Below, in pieces: positions 59,854-64,000 of a DNA stretch of 64,000 nt. A model generated the notes under the pieces. That model was not told the origin of the DNA. It did not search any database and saw only the letters and a list, made by a program, of their open reading frames with translations. Where the stretch lies: positions 52,826,001 to 52,890,000 of the forward strand of contig NC_087437.1 of assembly GCF_036321535.1 (NCBI RefSeq). The letters are read 5' to 3'. The translations under genes and the position numbers were made by a program. This stretch comes from Camelus dromedarius. Lineage: Eukaryota. How positions within the stretch are numbered: position 1 is the stretch's first letter; every line of letters begins with the position of its first letter.

Positions 59854-61237
59854 GTGGAGGGAGGTACGGTGGAGTGACCACCTGTCCTAGGGTATCTATT
59901 AACTCTGCCAGCACTGAAACCAAACCCTCAGTTCTGCCCCCGAGGAGCTGACACTCCTGTGGCAGATACTGACAAGTAATGTAGTGATTTACAATACCAG
60001 AGAGGAGGGGGTGATGGAGACGCACACAGGTGCTCTCAGAAGCAGAGAAAGGGACTGTAAAGTAACTCAGCCTGAGAACTTCAAATTCTTGGAGTGAAAA
60101 GGTGATTACTGAGAAAACAAGCAGAGGCTGGCCAGGTAATGAAGGCATTAGGAATGTTCTTAAGTAGGATGATAGTCTAATAAGGTTTTCATTTTACAGT
60201 ATGCTTGACAACTTGAATGTGACTTGTATTCTTTGGTCAACAGATACTATATTAAGAGAAAGATGGCTATGCCAGTGAAAGCAGCCAAGTACAAGTTGGT
60301 AAAGGGGGGTTAGATGGTGCTCAGACTGGGAACAGCCTGTATGAAGCACTAAAAAGTCTGGATTTTATCCAGAAGACCATCCATGAACAGCTGTTTTAAT
60401 AAGGTGATGAGAGGAATATGGGGCCACATTACCACCTGCCTATGAGAAAGATAAACCTGGCTTTAACATAGACAAATTCTCCGCAGCAATGACCCAGATA
60501 TCTCTGCCAAATGCATCTTGGCTACTACCATGTAGACGGCCTAAATGTATAAATGCTAGAATCTGGGTAACAGTTACAGCATAAAATCTGGTGGCTAAGA
60601 AAAATCAAGGATTTGCCACTCTCAGCTCCTGCCTACCCACAGCATTTCAAACCTGTGGTCCTTTACCACTTATCAGTGAGGACTTGGTATTGGCTTCCTC
60701 AAAACACGCTTTATCCTTTATTCTGCAACCTGCTACCAGGTGATTCTGCTGCCATTTTACAAACCTTGGATTTAACTTGTTCCAGTTTCTGAGAAAGAGA
60801 AATGAGACCTTCTTACTTCTCTAATACTTAAGAGTATTTAACCAACATATTTGGAGGTCTTGGCGTTTTAATAACTAAAGACTTCAACTAAGCTCTCATG
60901 GGAGCAGAGACTTTCAAGTTGATTCCCTCACTTGTTCCTTTATGGGTATAATGGTTGTCCTAAGTGTCTGGAGTTTTCATGAGGAGAGGCAGTATAAGGA
61001 AAGAAGAGGAGCCTAATTTTCCTACAGTGTGTTCCACACATAATCCCTGGTTTTCATGTACCCAAGATCATTAAAGGTGCTCTTTATCTCATTTCACTCT
61101 TACGTTGGTTTTTCCAAGATTTTCCTACCACAGAATCACTCACGAGGCTAACATTTTCTCCCAGCCGCCATGATACCCGTCTCACTACAGAGGCCCTGAA
61201 CACATCTCAGACTGGTCTGTGTCTCAGGACTGCTCAC

Positions 61238-61339
61238 CTTCTGCATGATGCCCTTTTCATAGTAATAGCGTAGGGATCGGCTGAGCTTGTCATAGTTCAT
61301 GGCCGGCCGGTTCTTCTGGATGCCCCAACGCCGAGCAAC
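61238..61339 (-). CDS. ETV5: ETV5 penultimate coding exon (ETS domain recognition helix region)
   Basis: 102 nt, phase 0/0, CAG acceptor (61342-61340) and GTGAG donor. Translates to [34 protein letters not shown], the PEA3-subfamily ETS domain. Confidence 0.97.
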
Positions 61340-64000
61340 CTGAAGAGACAGGAAAGCAATGGAAACTCACTCCCTGGGCCTAGTGGTTTTTCTCCCAATC
61401 CCAAGAGAGCCAGTTCTACAACCCGACTGCTTTGGTCAGTGATCCGTTTCTCTAATCTGGAAGGAAAAGCATTTAATTCCCTCAAGACCAAACATTCAAC
61501 CAAGGTGATGATTCAGTCACAATGCTAAGAAGTGAGACCTAGCGGTGGAAGAATCCTAGCACTTTAAGATAAGAGAGGGCTTGGCTGGTGTCCCAGAGGA
61601 AGCAGGCTCTCCACGGTTTCTCCACATATGAATTATTGACCAATACCCATAGACCATTAACATGTTGCCATTAAGTGCTATGGTTTCTGTAGCAGTCAAT
61701 AAGGAATAATTAGAGTGGTCATTCCTGAAACATTAGAAACACACTAGTGAGTTGCTAATGGGGCCAGCAGAGCAAAAGTTCAATTCTAATAAGATTGGAG
61801 AGGGGCTGGGAGATGTTTACTTATTGCAGCTCATGGAGTAAAGGAGAATCAGATCATTTCAGCCTGCTGCCATCCAATCCCCTGCTCCCAGCAGACCTGC
61901 AGAATGGACATTAAAACACGTAGCACCATTATCTACTTAATGAAAAATTAACAAGGCTTCCCAAACAGTTCTGCAATGCATTATATCTAACCCAGTCCAC
62001 CTGAGGTGCAGTGTTGGGCGATCTAATTGGAGCTTTGGGTAAAGAAGCCTTACAGCAAGAAGACTCCCTAGTAGAGTTCAGCAGGACAGCCATGCAATCT
62101 CCGTCCAAGCACCCCAACAGCCCGAATCCTACTGAAAAGGGTGACTGTCGTTTGGTAATTTTCGTTTGTATTATCTTGGATTTTATTTAGTTTTTGTGAC
62201 TCACTTGTAAGTTTTTGGCTTGTGGTTACCCTTTTTTGTAAGTCTATTAAAAGGATGACTGTCAAGGCAGGAGAATTACCCCCGAAATCTGAGATCTTCA
62301 AGTGTATGCAAACCAGGGGTCATGCTTTGAACATTTCAGGTCAGTCTCGGAAACTTAAAAACCAAAATAACTATTCCTTTGGCCTTAAAAAAAAAAAAAA
62401 AAAAAAACCACCACCAGATGTTAAACGTGGAAATGAGAAGTAGGGAGACTGCAAGTGGAAAAGTAGATCATAAAATCACATTTCACTTAAAGTACTTTTA
62501 AGAAGTATTCAGGGCAGAATGAAAGCAACATCTTCCAAATTCAGGATTTTAAGGTGACCTTTAATAAACACCAGAAATGATCTGATAGATGAGGAATGCA
62601 TCTGTCCTAATTATTACAGTAATTCGACAGCCATGATTCCACTCTGCCTTGCAAGAAACTGAAAGTGAAACGTCTGTTCATTTGCTCCGTGCCCCCATGG
62701 CACACACAATGTCCCTGGCCCTCCTCCTTTCTCCATATTGCATCCATTCAACTCTTTGAAATGGCCCCAAAGGCAATATTAACCAAAAATACTTTCCCCT
62801 GGTTAGAGAAGAAACATTTTAAACAAATAGAAATAGTGGTAAGAAAACCTGCTAAATCAATACATGTCCTTTTACCCTGCTCAAAAGAACTGACACTCTG
62901 AAACTGTACTTGAACTGCGATCAGCCGTAAGTGATGCAGGGATCCTAAAAAGCCCCACCTCATCATTTTACTATATTCAGTGGTGGAATATGCTTCAACT
63001 TCAGCCTTGACCTCTGCTGTCACTTGCATATGCAGTAGCTTACTGGAGAGGGGTTTTACATATGCACAGACTTCAAAGCAGCTCTGGTAGCCATAGTGAC
63101 TGACTCATCCTCTTGGGCCAGGGCCCTGTGATTTGGTAGCCCTCACCAGGACTGCTCCTTTTGCAATAATCATGATGCGGCACAACTGCAGAGCAGCTGG
63201 GAATTAGGGCTGCCCCGTTTCTGGGGGAAGGGGAGCAGGCACTAGCTGGCTACTAGCTCTTTCATCTTTTACATTCATTACGTTGATAGCAGGCATCTTG
63301 AGGATGGAGGCCGAAAGAGTTTAAAAAAAAAAACAACCTTGCGTATTTCTTCCTTAAGAGAGCAGCCACAGCACAGGGAGTGGCTCTTTCTAGCAGCCTG
63401 TCCTTTTAAACTTCCCCATGCCATCAGTTATCTGCCACATGTTCAACAAACAACCCTACCCCCCAAAATATTCATTAATGCAGATTCACAGTTAAAATGG
63501 CTCCAGATTAAAGCCGAGTCAGTCATAATTGAGAGGGTGCTAAGCTGGATGCCTATCAAAAGACATTTGATTAGGGGGCCTGCCAAAACGCAGTTCTAAA
63601 ACCACAATTTCCATGCACAGTGTAATGGATATTATGGATAATTACCCAGAGTGCACTACTCAGCCACACAGCTGCCTACAATTACGTCCCCAACAGCTTC
63701 CTCCTCCGCTTCACCCCTCACGCTCCCCCCGCGACAACTTAGAGCTTCTTCCAGGAGTTGGTATCTTCCTGACATCAACAAGGAGGGCCGACAGAGTTAC
63801 ACAAGGAGTAGAGAGGGGAAAAAACTCAAAGGCTGCCTGTCCCGAGGCTGAAGTGCACACGTGGAAGGAGCTGACCCTGGGTTAAGAGAACAGAACATGC
63901 CAAGTTCAGGGAGTGCTCAGGGATTTGAAGGTGCGATGGAAAGAAGTACTTTCTGAAGAAACAAAGCTGTCCAATCAGCTGAGGGAGGCTCAGGGCTGCC

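Overview
Mammalian (eutherian) genomic DNA, most likely a camelid, judged from seven copies of a Vic-1-like tRNA-derived SINE. No prokaryotic features or CRISPR array. Two genes converge across about 48 kb of repeat-rich intergenic DNA. On the + strand are the last two exons of an NmrA-like redox-sensor paralogue (NMRAL2/NMRAL2P-type; 2237-2426 and 6232-6411). The first of these carries a 1-nt frameshift giving a premature TAA, and the second has a competing out-of-frame splice acceptor; the ORF track missed both exons. On the - strand are the last two coding exons of ETV5 (61238-61339 and 57657-57878) and its roughly 2.25 kb 3'UTR. The most notable non-genic structures are: two ERV1-type solo LTRs facing each other just past the ETV5 poly(A) site, one with its poly(A) signal apparently flipped by a 24-bp microinversion and the other with a degenerate signal; a 40-bp tandem repeat between those LTRs; a perfect 21-bp AT-rich palindrome; a TSD-flanked AAAGG/AAAAG repeat; two co-oriented CTCF motifs; and a nested transposon stack inside a hAT/Charlie transposase fossil. 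Almost all ORFs in the supplied track are spurious. Repeat family names come from recalled consensus sequences, not from a database search.
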